From Chthonomonas calidirosea (lineage in GTDB: Bacteria; Armatimonadota; Fimbriimonadia; Fimbriimonadales; Fimbriimonadaceae): a stretch of DNA of 37,995 bases. Below the pieces are notes generated by a model that ran no database searches, was not told the origin of the DNA, and was given only the letters and a program-made list of their open reading frames with translations. Position 1 is the first letter of the stretch; every line of letters begins with the position of its first letter. A program made the position numbers and the translations under genes. This document shows positions 1 to 9,537 of this stretch, one piece after another. The stretch is from positions 1 to 37,995 of the forward strand of contig CAMAPH010000028.1 in the NCBI GenBank assembly GCA_945859975.1. Direction: 5' to 3'.

Positions 1-32
1 GTGTCCGACGCAGAGTCGCGGCGCAGAGAACT

Positions 33-1007
33 ATGAAGATCGGAATTTTCACCGCCCTATTCGGAGACAAGACTCGCCAAGAGGCGCTCGATATCATCGC
101 GGCCGAAGGCATCAAGGCCGTTGAGTTTGGAGCCGGAGCGTATCCGGGGGCTTCTCACCTCGACGTTGAGAAGCTGCTGGAGAGCGACGCCGCGCGGAAG
201 GAGCTGATCCACGACGTCGAAAGCCGCGGGCTCATGATCTCCGCGATCTCGTGCCACGGTAACGCCCTGCACCCGGTGAAGGCGATTGCGCAGGATCACC
301 ACCAGGCGTTTGTGAACAGCGTCAAGCTCGCCAGCCTGCTGGGTGTGCCTTGCGTCAACGGCTTCTCCGGTTGCCCCGGCGACAGCCCGACGGCGATCAA
401 CCCGAACTGGGTCACTTGCGCCTGGCCCGACGAGTTCCGCGACATCCTCGACTATCAGTGGAAGGAAGTTGTGATTCCTTACTGGACCGAGCAGAACGCC
501 TTCCTTAAGAAGCACAACGTTAAGTTCGGCATCGAGATGCACCCTGGGTTTGTTTGCTACAGCAACGACACCTTGCTTAAGCTTCGCCACGCGGCGGGCG
601 AGCAGATCGGCGCGAACTTCGACCCATCGCACCTTTGGTGGCAGGGAATCGACCCGATTGCGGCGGTGAAGCAGCTTGCCGAAGAGGGCGCGCTGTTCCA
701 CGTTCACGCGAAGGACACGCGAGTCGATCCGCAGAACTCGGCGCTCAACGGAAACCTGGATACCAAGAGCTACGGCGACATCGCCAAGCGATCTTGGGTG
801 TTCCGCTCGGTTGGCTACGGCCACGGGCTGGAGTGGTGGAAGGACTTCTGCAGCGTCCTGCGAACCGTCGGTTACGACTACGTTCTCAGCATCGAGCACG
901 AAGATGGCCTGATGAACTCGATTGAGGGTCTGCGAAAGGCCGTGACGATCCTCGACCAGTCGGTGATCCACGAAGACGCCGGCGCGATGTTCTGGGCGAA
1001 GGACTGA
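33..1007 (+). CDS. Sugar phosphate isomerase/epimerase (xylose isomerase-like TIM barrel, IolE/AP_endonuc_2 family)
   Basis: 324 aa ORF with ISCHGN, GIEMHPG, NFDPSHLWWQG, HVHAKD and LSIEHED metal-ligand motifs typical of this family. Confidence 0.85.
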   Translation: MKIGIFTALFGDKTRQEALDIIAAEGIKAVEFGAGAYPGASHLDVEKLLESDAARKELIHDVESRGLMISAISCHGNALHPVKAIAQDHHQAFVNSVKLASLLGVPCVNGFSGCPGDSPTAINPNWVTCAWPDEFRDILDYQWKEVVIPYWTEQNAFLKKHNVKFGIEMHPGFVCYSNDTLLKLRHAAGEQIGANFDPSHLWWQGIDPIAAVKQLAEEGALFHVHAKDTRVDPQNSALNGNLDTKSYGDIAKRSWVFRSVGYGHGLEWWKDFCSVLRTVGYDYVLSIEHEDGLMNSIEGLRKAVTILDQSVIHEDAGAMFWAKD

Positions 1008-1014
1008 GGGTAGA

Positions 1015-1065
1015 CAAAAGAACGGGGGCCGGATGGTAGTTCCATCCGGCCCCCGTTTTGTTTGT
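1015..1065. terminator. Bidirectional intrinsic terminator between convergent isomerase gene and tsf
   Basis: Perfect 16-bp inverted repeat aacgggggccggatgg (1021-1036) / ccatccggcccccgtt (1042-1057), A-rich on the left and T-rich on the right. Confidence 0.85.
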
Positions 1066-1071
1066 TGGCGC

Positions 1072-1908
1072 TTATTCGGTTGGAGCCGAAGCGCCGGCGG
1101 CGAAGTACTCGAATCGAGTGACCTTCGTGCCCTTGGCTTCTTGGGCCAGGTACTGGCTGACGGTGAGGCTTGGCTCGGCATAGAACGGCTGTTCCATGAG
1201 GACCACGCGGTTCACGAACTCTTTGTTGACGCGACCCTGGGCGATGTTCTTGGCGATGTTTTCTGGCTTGCCTTCATCGAGGGCTCGCTTCGTTTCTAGC
1301 TCAAGTTCTTTCGCCAGGAGTTCCTGGGACAGCTCTTCCTTCGTAATCACTTCGGGAGGAAGCGAAACGATGTGGACGGCGGTCTTTCGGACGGCTTCGT
1401 TGCCGGCGTTGTCGCCTTCGGACACGACGAGCGCGCCCTTCATCTTGTTGTGGTGAACATAGAAGGCGATTGGCGCAGTCGATTCGATCTTCACGGCTCG
1501 CGAGATCTGAACGTTCTCTCGGAACATCGCGATCACGTCGTCGGAAAGTTCCTTGAACTTAGGATCGTCCATTGGGTTGCCTTCTGGCGCGCCGTTGGCG
1601 AGAACGTATTCTGCGATTTCCTGAGCTTTCTTCTGGAAGTTCTCGTTGTTCGAAACGAAGTCCGTTTCGCTTTCGAGAACAATTGCACCAACGGTGTTGC
1701 GGTCTTCGCTAAGGGCGAAGGCCACAACGCCAGCGCCGGTTGCTCGGCCAGTTTTCTTTCCGGCGGCGGACTTACCCTTTTCGCGAAGGATTTCCTTCGC
1801 TCGGGCTAGATCGCCGTCTGCCTCGTCGAGAGCCGACTTGCACTCCATCATGGGTGCGTCGGTTTCTTCACGTAATTTCTTAACGTCTGCTGCCGTGTAG
1901 TTCGCCAT
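1072..1908 (-). CDS. tsf: Translation elongation factor Ts
   Basis: N-terminal VKKLREETDAPMMECKSAL, ESETDFVS motif, KPENIAKNIAQGRVNK; directly downstream of rpsB. Confidence 0.97.
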   Translation of the reverse strand: MANYTAADVKKLREETDAPMMECKSALDEADGDLARAKEILREKGKSAAGKKTGRATGAGVVAFALSEDRNTVGAIVLESETDFVSNNENFQKKAQEIAEYVLANGAPEGNPMDDPKFKELSDDVIAMFRENVQISRAVKIESTAPIAFYVHHNKMKGALVVSEGDNAGNEAVRKTAVHIVSLPPEVITKEELSQELLAKELELETKRALDEGKPENIAKNIAQGRVNKEFVNRVVLMEQPFYAEPSLTVSQYLAQEAKGTKVTRFEYFAAGASAPTE

Positions 1909-1913
1909 GTTCT

Positions 1914-2720
1914 TTATTCCGTGTCTGCGCCAAAGGCCTTGAGGAGCTCGTCGTCGATTGGCGGGACGTAGTCGAACGCCGGATCGGTTTCGTCGAGCGG
2001 GGTGGAATCGCTGAAGATGCCTTCGGTAAGCGCATCGCTTAGCGGTCGGGCTTCGAGAATCACGTCGCTGATCTTCTGAGTTACCAATCGGATCGCGCGG
2101 ATTGCATCGTCGTTTCCAGGGATGATCACGTCGGCGAGGTCTGGGTCGCAGTTGGTGTCAACGATCGCCACGATGGGGATGTTGAGCTTCTTGGCTTCCT
2201 TGACCGCAATCGATTCCTTGTTGAGGTCGACCACGAACATCACCGTCGGCATGGCGGTCATGTTTCGGATTCCGCCGAGGTATCGCTGCAGCTCGTCTCG
2301 CTCTTGTCGTCGCTTGAGGGCTTCTTTCTTCGGGAGTCGGTCGAGATAGCCCTCCGCATCCATTCGGTCGAGTTCCTTCAGGCGACCTACACGGCCCTGA
2401 ATGGTCTTCCAGTTGGTGAGGGTGCCGCCCAGCCATCGTTCGCAAACGAAGTACTGACCAGATCGCTCGGCGGCTTCCTTGATGGCAGCCTGAGCTTGCT
2501 TCTTGGTTCCGACGAAGAGGACGGTTCCGCCATCTTCAATCTGCTTTCGGACGTAGTTGAGGGCGTCCTCGAAAAGCTTGATCGTCTGGTGAAGATCGAT
2601 GATGTAGATGCCGTTTCGAGCTCCGTAGATGAATCTCTTCATCTTTGGGTTCCAGCGACGAGTTTGGTGACCGAAGTGAACGCCGGATTCCAGCAGTTCC
2701 TTCATGCTAAGTTGGACCAT
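1914..2720 (-). CDS. rpsB: 30S ribosomal protein S2
   Basis: [59 protein letters not shown]; acidic C-terminal tail. Confidence 0.99.
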   Translation of the reverse strand: MVQLSMKELLESGVHFGHQTRRWNPKMKRFIYGARNGIYIIDLHQTIKLFEDALNYVRKQIEDGGTVLFVGTKKQAQAAIKEAAERSGQYFVCERWLGGTLTNWKTIQGRVGRLKELDRMDAEGYLDRLPKKEALKRRQERDELQRYLGGIRNMTAMPTVMFVVDLNKESIAVKEAKKLNIPIVAIVDTNCDPDLADVIIPGNDDAIRAIRLVTQKISDVILEARPLSDALTEGIFSDSTPLDETDPAFDYVPPIDDELLKAFGADTE

Positions 2721-2738
2721 ATTTTCTTGTAACCTCCA

Positions 2739-2830
2739 GGTTATTCCTCCGGAGCGGTTAGTTTTTGCTTCGAATTACCTGGGGCGCAAGCACCTCAGGA
2801 CCTGGTCTTAGCAACCGCGTCCGTGTGTAT
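2739..2830 (-). ncRNA. rpsB 5' leader (S2 autoregulatory leader, t44-like cis-regulatory RNA)
   Basis: Minus strand reads ACACAC-GGACGCGGTT...CCTGAGGTG-CTTG-CGCCCCAGG...AACCGCTCCG-GAGG-AATAACC: outer stem CGGA.GCGGTT/AACCGC.TCCG, inner GGUG-CUUG-CGCC hairpin, ACACAC 5' and GAGG..TAACC 3' flanks; TATCCT -10 candidate at 2846-2841. Confidence 0.75.
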
Positions 2831-2890
2831 TGGAGGCCGTAGGATACCCGAGCAGCCTCCGTTTCACACCCCTACAGGTTCAAATTCCTC

Positions 2891-3310
2891 TCAACTATAG
2901 AGGCTGTAGCTGGTCCACTCGGGGTCGAATGCCTGGCGAGTGGCGGCGATTTGGCCGATGTGATAGGCATCGTGGTTGGCAATGTAGGCGGCGCCGGAGA
3001 AGAGAATCTGGGCTTCGGCATTGCCGTGAATGGCGTCGATTGCTTCCTTTCGAAGGCGGACAAACTCGGTCATCAGATTTGCGCGCGACTTGTCGGGCAG
3101 GTCGTAGGAGCCCCAAGAGTGCTCTTTTCCATCGGCATGGGCGAGAAAGGCGACGTATGACTCGCAGAGGTGGTGGACATGGTCCCGAATCGTCATCATC
3201 GATTCGTGGACGCGGTAGTCATAGTGGCTTTCGTCTACTCCGTCCAACGCTTTGAACAGCATGTTGCCCGTTTCTTCAATCTGCTTCATCAGTAATTCTT
3301 GAGCGTGCAT
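2891..3310 (-). CDS. DinB/YfiT-like four-helix-bundle protein
   Basis: 139 aa; TIRDHVHHL and NHDAYHIGQI give the His triad typical of DinB_2 proteins. Confidence 0.8.
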   Translation of the reverse strand: MHAQELLMKQIEETGNMLFKALDGVDESHYDYRVHESMMTIRDHVHHLCESYVAFLAHADGKEHSWGSYDLPDKSRANLMTEFVRLRKEAIDAIHGNAEAQILFSGAAYIANHDAYHIGQIAATRQAFDPEWTSYSLYS

Positions 3311-3364
3311 TTCGGCTCTAGCTTACCGAGGCAGAAAATAGGTGCCAATCCCTATAATGCTTGG

Positions 3365-3979
3365 GTGCGGCAACGACCCTTGACTCCGTGGCTGATCCGG
3401 TTTGGATATGAGCAAGGGGCGTTTCCGATGAGCGACGACGACAACGTGGTGGAGTGGTACCAGTCGAACCCGCGGTGCCTGTTTCCGATAGAGGGGATCC
3501 ACGTTAGTAAGTCGCTTTCGAAGGTGCTGCGGCAGGATCGATTTCGGGTGACGTTTGATACGGCTTTCACCGAAGTGATGGAGCACTGTTTGCGGCCTTC
3601 GGGAAACTGGATCACCCCAGAGTTCATTCAGGTCTACACCGAGATTCACCGGCAAGGCTGGGGGCATTCTTGCGAGGTTTGGAGTGGGGAGCGGCTGGTC
3701 GGTGGGGTTTACGGAATTGCGCTGGGTGGGGCTTTTTGCGCGGAGTCGATGTTTCATCGCGAGACCGACGCGAGCAAGGTTGCGCTGTATCACTTGGTTG
3801 AAAAGTGCCGGGAGCTTGGGTTTGTGCTCTTTGACGCGCAGATCATGAACGACCATCTGGTGTCGCTGGGGGCGTTTCCGGTGACCAACCAGAAGTACTT
3901 GACGCTTTTGCAGGGTGCGCTGAAGGTGAAGACGGTTTGGGATCAGTGTCCGTTTGTGACCACTGATCCCGAGGATTAA
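3365..3979 (+). CDS. aat: Leucyl/phenylalanyl-tRNA--protein transferase
   Basis: YEQGAFPM, HVSKSL, FDTAFTEVMEHC, HSCEVW, LVGGVYGIALGGAFCAESMF, DASKVAL, HLVSLGA; start moved to GTG 3365 (6 nt after TATAAT 3353-3358, avoids overlap with the divergent DinB gene). Confidence 0.93.
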   Translation: MRQRPLTPWLIRFGYEQGAFPMSDDDNVVEWYQSNPRCLFPIEGIHVSKSLSKVLRQDRFRVTFDTAFTEVMEHCLRPSGNWITPEFIQVYTEIHRQGWGHSCEVWSGERLVGGVYGIALGGAFCAESMFHRETDASKVALYHLVEKCRELGFVLFDAQIMNDHLVSLGAFPVTNQKYLTLLQGALKVKTVWDQCPFVTTDPED

Positions 3980-4920
3980 AGGGTTCGCGTCACCTTGCGT
4001 AGGAAGCGGGCATCGTCGGGGTCAAGGCCTCGGGCCCGGGCGGTGAGGAGGGCGAGGCACTGGCCGAAGATGACGTCCCAGATCGGTTTGATTTCGTCCG
4101 GGGCGGAGTTTGTTGGGGCAAGGATGACTTCGCAGCCGTTCTCAGCGAGGTGCGGCTTGTCGCCGTCGTAGCTGATCGCAACGCTGTTGGGGCCGGCGAG
4201 GGCCTTCGGGCCGTGTTCGAAGTCGGCGGAGGAGTATGCCTTTGCGGGAATAAGCGAGCATTCCATCAGCTTCAGCGCGGTCTCCATGGCGGTGCTGAAG
4301 CCGTAACCACGGGATAGGCAGAAGATGGGCGAGCTTCGGACGACTGGTCCGCTTGCGATGAGCGCGGAGTTGAAGCACTCGGCCATCCAGGCTGGGTCTG
4401 GCAGGACGGGCTCGGGGAGGGTTTGGCTGAGCTCGCGGACCAATTCGTAGAGCGCGAGGAGGGTTGCGGAGTAGGTTTTGGTTGCGGCGATCGATTTCTC
4501 TTCTCCCGCGTTGATGAGGATGCTGTGATCAGCGACGGAAGTGAGGCGGGAGCCGGGCGTGTTGGTGATGGCTACGGTGGTGTGACCGGCTTGTTTCAGG
4601 TGTTCCAGGACCTCGGAAACGTCAGGCGCGGCGCCACTCTGGGAAATTCCGATAGCCAGGCACTTTGGATAGCGGACGGTTGCGTCGTATCGGGTCCAGA
4701 CGCTTGGCGCGGCCAGGGAAACCGGTACGCCGAGTTTGACCTCGAACAGGTAGCGTGCATAGAGCGCGGCGTTATCCGACGATCCGCGGGCGGCGAGAAG
4801 GACCATTTCGAACGGACCTCGCTCGCGAATTTGGCTCAGTATCTGCGCGTAGGTTTCTGGCCCCGCGCGCAGTATCGATGGTTGTTCGCGAATCTCCCGC
4901 TCCATTGCAAGGCCGTACAT
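3976..4920 (-). CDS. SIS-domain protein, GlmS-isomerase-like (probable glucosamine-6-phosphate deaminase/aminosugar isomerase)
   Basis: MEREIREQP, ARGSSDNA, GISQSG, ITNTPGS, AGEEKSIAATKTY, ETALKLME, DFEHGP, RGLDPD..LRKVTRTL; no glutaminase domain. Confidence 0.85.
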   Translation of the reverse strand: MYGLAMEREIREQPSILRAGPETYAQILSQIRERGPFEMVLLAARGSSDNAALYARYLFEVKLGVPVSLAAPSVWTRYDATVRYPKCLAIGISQSGAAPDVSEVLEHLKQAGHTTVAITNTPGSRLTSVADHSILINAGEEKSIAATKTYSATLLALYELVRELSQTLPEPVLPDPAWMAECFNSALIASGPVVRSSPIFCLSRGYGFSTAMETALKLMECSLIPAKAYSSADFEHGPKALAGPNSVAISYDGDKPHLAENGCEVILAPTNSAPDEIKPIWDVIFGQCLALLTARARGLDPDDARFLRKVTRTL

Positions 4921-4931
4921 CGAATCTGATT

Positions 4932-6626
4932 ATGGGAGACATACTTTCGACTGTGCTCCCAGAACAACGACTGGCCCGACTTGTTGCAGCGACTTTGCGC
5001 GAACCGGATGCAGAGATCGCGATTTCCGGGCTTCTGGATGGGCTGATTGGACTGGTGGGCGCAAGTCACTCGTTGCTGGCGGTGCTGGACGAGGAAGTCG
5101 GCGACTTGACGGTGCGGTACGGGAGTGGCCGGGATTGGGAAACCGTTGCTCAGAACCGGCATTTGCCGCTGGATATGGGGCTTAAAGAGGGGATCGTGGG
5201 CTGGGTTGCGGCCACGGGGACCAGCGTTGTTGCGGGGAATGTGCGCGAGGATCCGAAGTATCGGGCTCTATTTGATTCGACTCTGAGCGAAATGGCGGTC
5301 CCGGTGCGTGACATCAGCGGACGGCTGCGAGCGGTTTTGAACGTGGAGTCTGATCATGAGCATGCGTTCTCGGATTCGGATCAAACGATCATCGAAAGCG
5401 CCGCCACGATTTGTGCCTCGTTGATTGATCGGATTGACCAGAATCGCCGCGAAGAAGCGCTGATCCAGATTGGAAACTCGCTGGACACGGTGATGGACGA
5501 GGCTGATCTGATTCAGCAAGTCATCGAGATTGCGGAGCAGACGTTGCGGCTGCACTCGTGCAGTATTTTTCTCTTCGATGCCAACAATCGGCAGATTGTC
5601 CTGCGGGGCACGATTGGGCGTTTGAAGGACCAGATTGGGCTCCTGACTTACGACAAAGGCGAGGGTTTTACGGGCTGGGTCGCGCAGAACGGGAAGTCGA
5701 TTTTGCTGGACGATCCGCAGACGGATACGCGATGGCGTGGGAAGTACGTGGAGATTCCGAGCGAGCAGATTGCTAGCTTCCTCGCGGTTCCGATCATGTT
5801 TCGAAATCACATCCACGGGGTGATTAGAGCGCTACGCCGCCGCAGTGATAACCCGTTCGTCGATAACCGATTCACGAGCATGGATGAGCGGCTGTTGCAG
5901 GCGATTGCCGAGCAAGTGGCGTCGGGGCTTGAGAACATTCAGATCATGTCGAAGATTGTTCGCAGCGAGCGGATGATCGCCTGGGGCGAACTGAGTGCGA
6001 AGTCGTCGCACATGATTGGGAATCGCATTTTTGCCATCAAGGGCGATGTGAATGAGCTGGGCTTTCTGGCTTCAGAACCGGTTCTGGATATTGAGAGCAT
6101 TCGGAGCCTACAGAAGAGCTTGTCGGTCAACGTGATGCGTGTCGAGGAGATCCTCAACGACTTCCGAGACTTTGTTTCGGCGACGCAGATCCAGAAGCAG
6201 CCGATTGATATCAACACGCTGGTTAAGGAAACGGTTGAGGAAGTATTTCCGAAGCGGAGTCCGATTCAGTTGGTGCTAACGCTCAATGAGCTTCCGCCGG
6301 TGTTGGCGGATGATCGGCGTTTGCGGCGGGCGATTTCCGAACTGATCGAGAACAGCCTTCACCACATTACAGATGGCCAACTTTCGGTGACGACAGAGCT
6401 GACTTCGGACGATGAATACGTGCGAATTGTTATTGCAGACACTGGGCCAGGGATTGAGCCAGATCGGAAGGAAACCATTTTCCAGCCGTTCTATTCGGGA
6501 CGAGCGAAAGGGATGGGCCTGGGTTTGAGCATCGTAAAGGGAATTCTGGAAGCTCATGGCGGAAACGCCACCGAGGAAGGGGTTTTGGGTCAGGGGGCCC
6601 GGTTCGTTCTGGTGCTACCGGCTTGA
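4932..6626 (+). CDS. Cytoplasmic GAF-GAF sensor histidine kinase (HisKA + HATPase_c)
   Basis: Two GAF domains (GIVGWVAATG..SEMAVPV..VLNVES; GEGFTGWVAQNG..SFLAVPI), H-box SSHMIGNR, N-box LIENS, DTGPGI, IFQPFYS, GMGLGLSIVK; start ATG 4932 or GTG 4953, not 4755. Confidence 0.88.
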   Translation: MGDILSTVLPEQRLARLVAATLREPDAEIAISGLLDGLIGLVGASHSLLAVLDEEVGDLTVRYGSGRDWETVAQNRHLPLDMGLKEGIVGWVAATGTSVVAGNVREDPKYRALFDSTLSEMAVPVRDISGRLRAVLNVESDHEHAFSDSDQTIIESAATICASLIDRIDQNRREEALIQIGNSLDTVMDEADLIQQVIEIAEQTLRLHSCSIFLFDANNRQIVLRGTIGRLKDQIGLLTYDKGEGFTGWVAQNGKSILLDDPQTDTRWRGKYVEIPSEQIASFLAVPIMFRNHIHGVIRALRRRSDNPFVDNRFTSMDERLLQAIAEQVASGLENIQIMSKIVRSERMIAWGELSAKSSHMIGNRIFAIKGDVNELGFLASEPVLDIESIRSLQKSLSVNVMRVEEILNDFRDFVSATQIQKQPIDINTLVKETVEEVFPKRSPIQLVLTLNELPPVLADDRRLRRAISELIENSLHHITDGQLSVTTELTSDDEYVRIVIADTGPGIEPDRKETIFQPFYSGRAKGMGLGLSIVKGILEAHGGNATEEGVLGQGARFVLVLPA

Positions 6627-6644
6627 AGGTCGCATAATGTTTTT

Positions 6645-7703
6645 ATGCAGTTGTTGGCCCTCGGCCTCACCTTTGCGCTTTATCAGGAGCCAGAGCTTGT
6701 TCCGTACGCGGACAAAGACCTCAATCTAGGATTTTCGCATCCCGCGTCTTGGAAGATCGAAAAGCGCGATAAACGTCGAACGGTTTTACGAATTCCGGCC
6801 GATACCGTCGACCGAAGTGGGCAGCTGGAGCTGATCCGGGCCAATTTCCGTGGCGACACCGAAGCTTGGCAGAGTCTGCAACGCACTTCCAACGAGCTTC
6901 AAAAGCGAGTGGTGAACCGACAGTGGGAGCAACAGGTACTTGGCGTTCCTCTGCTTCTGACCCAACTTGAGTACAGCGAGAAGGGAGTGGCTTACACCCA
7001 GGTTTCGGGCTTGTTCTATAGCCGAACTTCTCAGAAGTTGCTGTTCCATCTTCGTGCGCCGGGCACTTCGTTTGAGAACGTTTGGTTCCAGTGGCAAAAG
7101 GTCATGGAGACTTTCAAGACGATTAATGGCGATCCGCTGCCGGTGGAAGATCCAACCGCGCCACCTCCAACGAAGAAGCAAGTCCAAGTTCGTCCTGCCC
7201 GAACGGTTCTGGATGATGGCGTGACAAAGCCATCGTCAGTTAATGCCAAGCCTTTGGCGTCAATGACGGTTTCCGAACGGACGGTCAACATCCTTGCCGC
7301 ATCGGGCTGGGAACTTGAGAATGTGAATGGTGCGAAGGCAGAGTTCTTCTTCAAAAAGCAGAACCTTCGGGTTGTGGTGGAGCTCAACTTCCTGGCTGAC
7401 AGCTTGGAGCCATCTCGGGCGTTGATGGCGAAAGCGTCTGACCGACTTCCGCTATTCAAGAGCGTGAGTTACCGAGAGGATGTTGAAGCGGAAGCGACCC
7501 CCGCGGGTGGAACCGTGGGTTCAGTTTTGCGCGTGGGCCTTAATCAACAAGATCAGAAGATTGCCGCGTACGACGCCTACCTGAAGAGCTCGGACTTCTA
7601 TGTTCTCGTGGCGGCAGAAAGCTCCGATCTCAACAAATGGAAAGGGCAACAGCGGGAGATCAAGCGCTTGCTCAGCTCCCTTAAGCTCAGCACGAACCCG
7701 TGA
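6645..7703 (+). CDS. Hypothetical secreted protein, two domains joined by a Pro/Thr linker (N-terminal part loosely PsbP/DUF1795-like)
   Basis: Short hydrophobic N-terminus, YADKDLNLGFSHPASWK segment, DPTAPPPT linker; GTGA overlap with tsaB. Confidence 0.65.
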   Translation: MQLLALGLTFALYQEPELVPYADKDLNLGFSHPASWKIEKRDKRRTVLRIPADTVDRSGQLELIRANFRGDTEAWQSLQRTSNELQKRVVNRQWEQQVLGVPLLLTQLEYSEKGVAYTQVSGLFYSRTSQKLLFHLRAPGTSFENVWFQWQKVMETFKTINGDPLPVEDPTAPPPTKKQVQVRPARTVLDDGVTKPSSVNAKPLASMTVSERTVNILAASGWELENVNGAKAEFFFKKQNLRVVVELNFLADSLEPSRALMAKASDRLPLFKSVSYREDVEAEATPAGGTVGSVLRVGLNQQDQKIAAYDAYLKSSDFYVLVAAESSDLNKWKGQQREIKRLLSSLKLSTNP

Positions 7704-8278
7704 TCATTGCGTTTAGTACGTCGAGTCCACAGGCAAGCGTTGCCCTGATTTCGGGCGAGGACGTTCTGTTCTCGGCAAGCGAACCTGCGAACCGGCAGGC
7801 AGGTGAAGTTTGCCTGCGGCTGCTGCAACAAGGTTTGCGAGAGACAGGGCGGGATCTCCGTGCCGCTACGATTTTCGCGGCTGATCTGGGCCCTGGCTCC
7901 TTCACCGGCGTTCGGGTCGGCATTGTTTTGGCGAAGAGCTTTGCCTTTGCACAAGGCGTTCCGTGCATCGGGGCATCTTCGTTTGATTTGATCATGCGCG
8001 GTGGTTCAGCATTTGTGCCGACCCGAAAGGGTGAATTCTGGCTCCGAGAACCTGGGCAGGAAAGTTGCCGAACCCACGAGCTGGCGGAGACCAGCGTTGG
8101 CTACGGGGCCGAAGATCGCCCGAGCAAGTTTCCCGGAGCCGAACGATTAGCGGAGTTCTGGTCTGAATTGCCCTTGCTGGCGGCCGAGGCTTTGTTGCCG
8201 GAATATATGGCGGAGCCGAACATCTCGACGCCGAAGAAGCCGTATAAGACTTCCGCTGGGGCACTCAATGCTTCGTAA
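7700..8278 (+). CDS. tsaB: tRNA threonylcarbamoyladenosine biosynthesis protein TsaB
   Basis: IIAFSTSS..SVAL, DLGPGSFTGVRVG..AKSFA, LLPEY. Confidence 0.88.
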   Translation: MIIAFSTSSPQASVALISGEDVLFSASEPANRQAGEVCLRLLQQGLRETGRDLRAATIFAADLGPGSFTGVRVGIVLAKSFAFAQGVPCIGASSFDLIMRGGSAFVPTRKGEFWLREPGQESCRTHELAETSVGYGAEDRPSKFPGAERLAEFWSELPLLAAEALLPEYMAEPNISTPKKPYKTSAGALNAS

Positions 8279-9203
8279 CGTTTCGTTAAAGCCTTACGTG
8301 ACCTTGCGGGCTGGCGGCTCGGCAGAGCGGTTTGTAACTGCCCGTAATCGCGATGAGCTCGCTATGCACGCCCTGATTGCGCAAGCCGAAGGTTGGCCGA
8401 TTTCGGTGCTTGGGTGGGGCAGCAATATGTTGCCATCCGACGACGGCGTCCCCGGAATCGTGATCCGGAATCTTGCTCGAACTTTTCAGGATGACGGGGC
8501 GGGCTCTGTCTGGGTGGAGACTGGATATGGCTATCAAGACTTGTTCTTGAAGACGGTCCAGCTTGGCTACCGCGGACTCGAGTTTGCCGTCGGCGTTCCT
8601 GGAAGCATCGGAGGGGCGTTAGTCAGTAACGCCGGTGCCTATCGCAGCAATATCAGCGAGTTTGTTTGCGAACTCGACGTGGTCTGGAACGGCAAGAGGG
8701 AAGTTGTTGGTGCTGATTGGATGGGGTTCAAGTACCGAGACTCGGTGCTTCGTACGGGTGAAGTCACGAACGCGGTCGTACTGGCGATTCGCATGGAACT
8801 CCCTCGCGGACCCCGAAAGGCCGCATACGATGAAGCGCGAGAGTATCAGCGACAGCGGATATCGAAGCAGCCGCCATCGCCAAGCGCGGGCAGTTTTTTC
8901 AAGAACGTCACAGATCTCTCGCTCGCGAACACACTTGACGATTTGCCGGGCCCGCTGAAAGAGAAGGGGATCATTCCGGCCGGATTCCTCATTGAGCGTG
9001 CCGGTCTTAAGGGATTCCGGATCGGAGGCGCAGCGGTCGGCAAGCGACACGCAAACTTCATTCTGAACATCAATGGCGCTACGGCAACGGAAATTCGCCT
9101 AGTAGCCGAGCACGTGAAGCATGCCATCCGGTCGAAGTACGGAGTTTTGCTTGAAGAGGAAGTGCTCTTTGCCGGCGACTGGTCGCGGTTCAGCGTAAAT
9201 TAG
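8268..9203 (+). CDS. murB: UDP-N-acetylenolpyruvoylglucosamine reductase
   Basis: LGWGSNML, GLEFAVGVPGSIGGALVSNAGAY, FKYRDS, QPPSPSAGSFFKN, AGFLIERAGLKG, HANFILN, LEEEV. Confidence 0.95.
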   Translation: MLRNVSLKPYVTLRAGGSAERFVTARNRDELAMHALIAQAEGWPISVLGWGSNMLPSDDGVPGIVIRNLARTFQDDGAGSVWVETGYGYQDLFLKTVQLGYRGLEFAVGVPGSIGGALVSNAGAYRSNISEFVCELDVVWNGKREVVGADWMGFKYRDSVLRTGEVTNAVVLAIRMELPRGPRKAAYDEAREYQRQRISKQPPSPSAGSFFKNVTDLSLANTLDDLPGPLKEKGIIPAGFLIERAGLKGFRIGGAAVGKRHANFILNINGATATEIRLVAEHVKHAIRSKYGVLLEEEVLFAGDWSRFSVN

Positions 9204-9504
9204 CGCGATCTTCGGAGCCCGGCACGGTTAGCCAGCCGTTCTCAGATGCCGTCGTCACAAGCACATACGTTCCGGTGATGAACAGGCTTGCAAAGAGCAG
9301 GTTGAGCGACCAGGTCAGCATCAGAATGCCGTATCGTCGTGCGAATCGATCCTGCCGGGTGAGCGACTGACGTGCGCGCTCTCCAAATTTCCCGGGCATG
9401 AGGCCGGTAACGTTTCGACGCATTCTCTTGATGGGTGGTCGTCGCATGTACCAAACAAGGGCTATCCAGATTTGCCTTGCGAGGAAACGAGTCAACTGGC
9501 CCAT
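9190..9504 (-). CDS. Small hypothetical membrane protein
   Basis: 104 aa ORF filling the gap, basic N-half plus one TM segment; TAAACT 6 nt upstream of ATG. Confidence 0.6.
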   Translation of the reverse strand: MGQLTRFLARQIWIALVWYMRRPPIKRMRRNVTGLMPGKFGERARQSLTRQDRFARRYGILMLTWSLNLLFASLFITGTYVLVTTASENGWLTVPGSEDRANLR

Positions 9505-9537
9505 AGCAGTAGTTTACGTTTGAGATACCATCCGATG

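Noticed and set aside
4755..4931. ORF-track N-terminal extensions (kinase from 4755; also 3299, 9472, 10010, 13942, 20804, 23369, 26077, 26193, 34379)
   Set aside because: Most overlap neighbouring genes, and all precede the domain or signal-peptide start; downstream starts have better SD, -10 or coupling support
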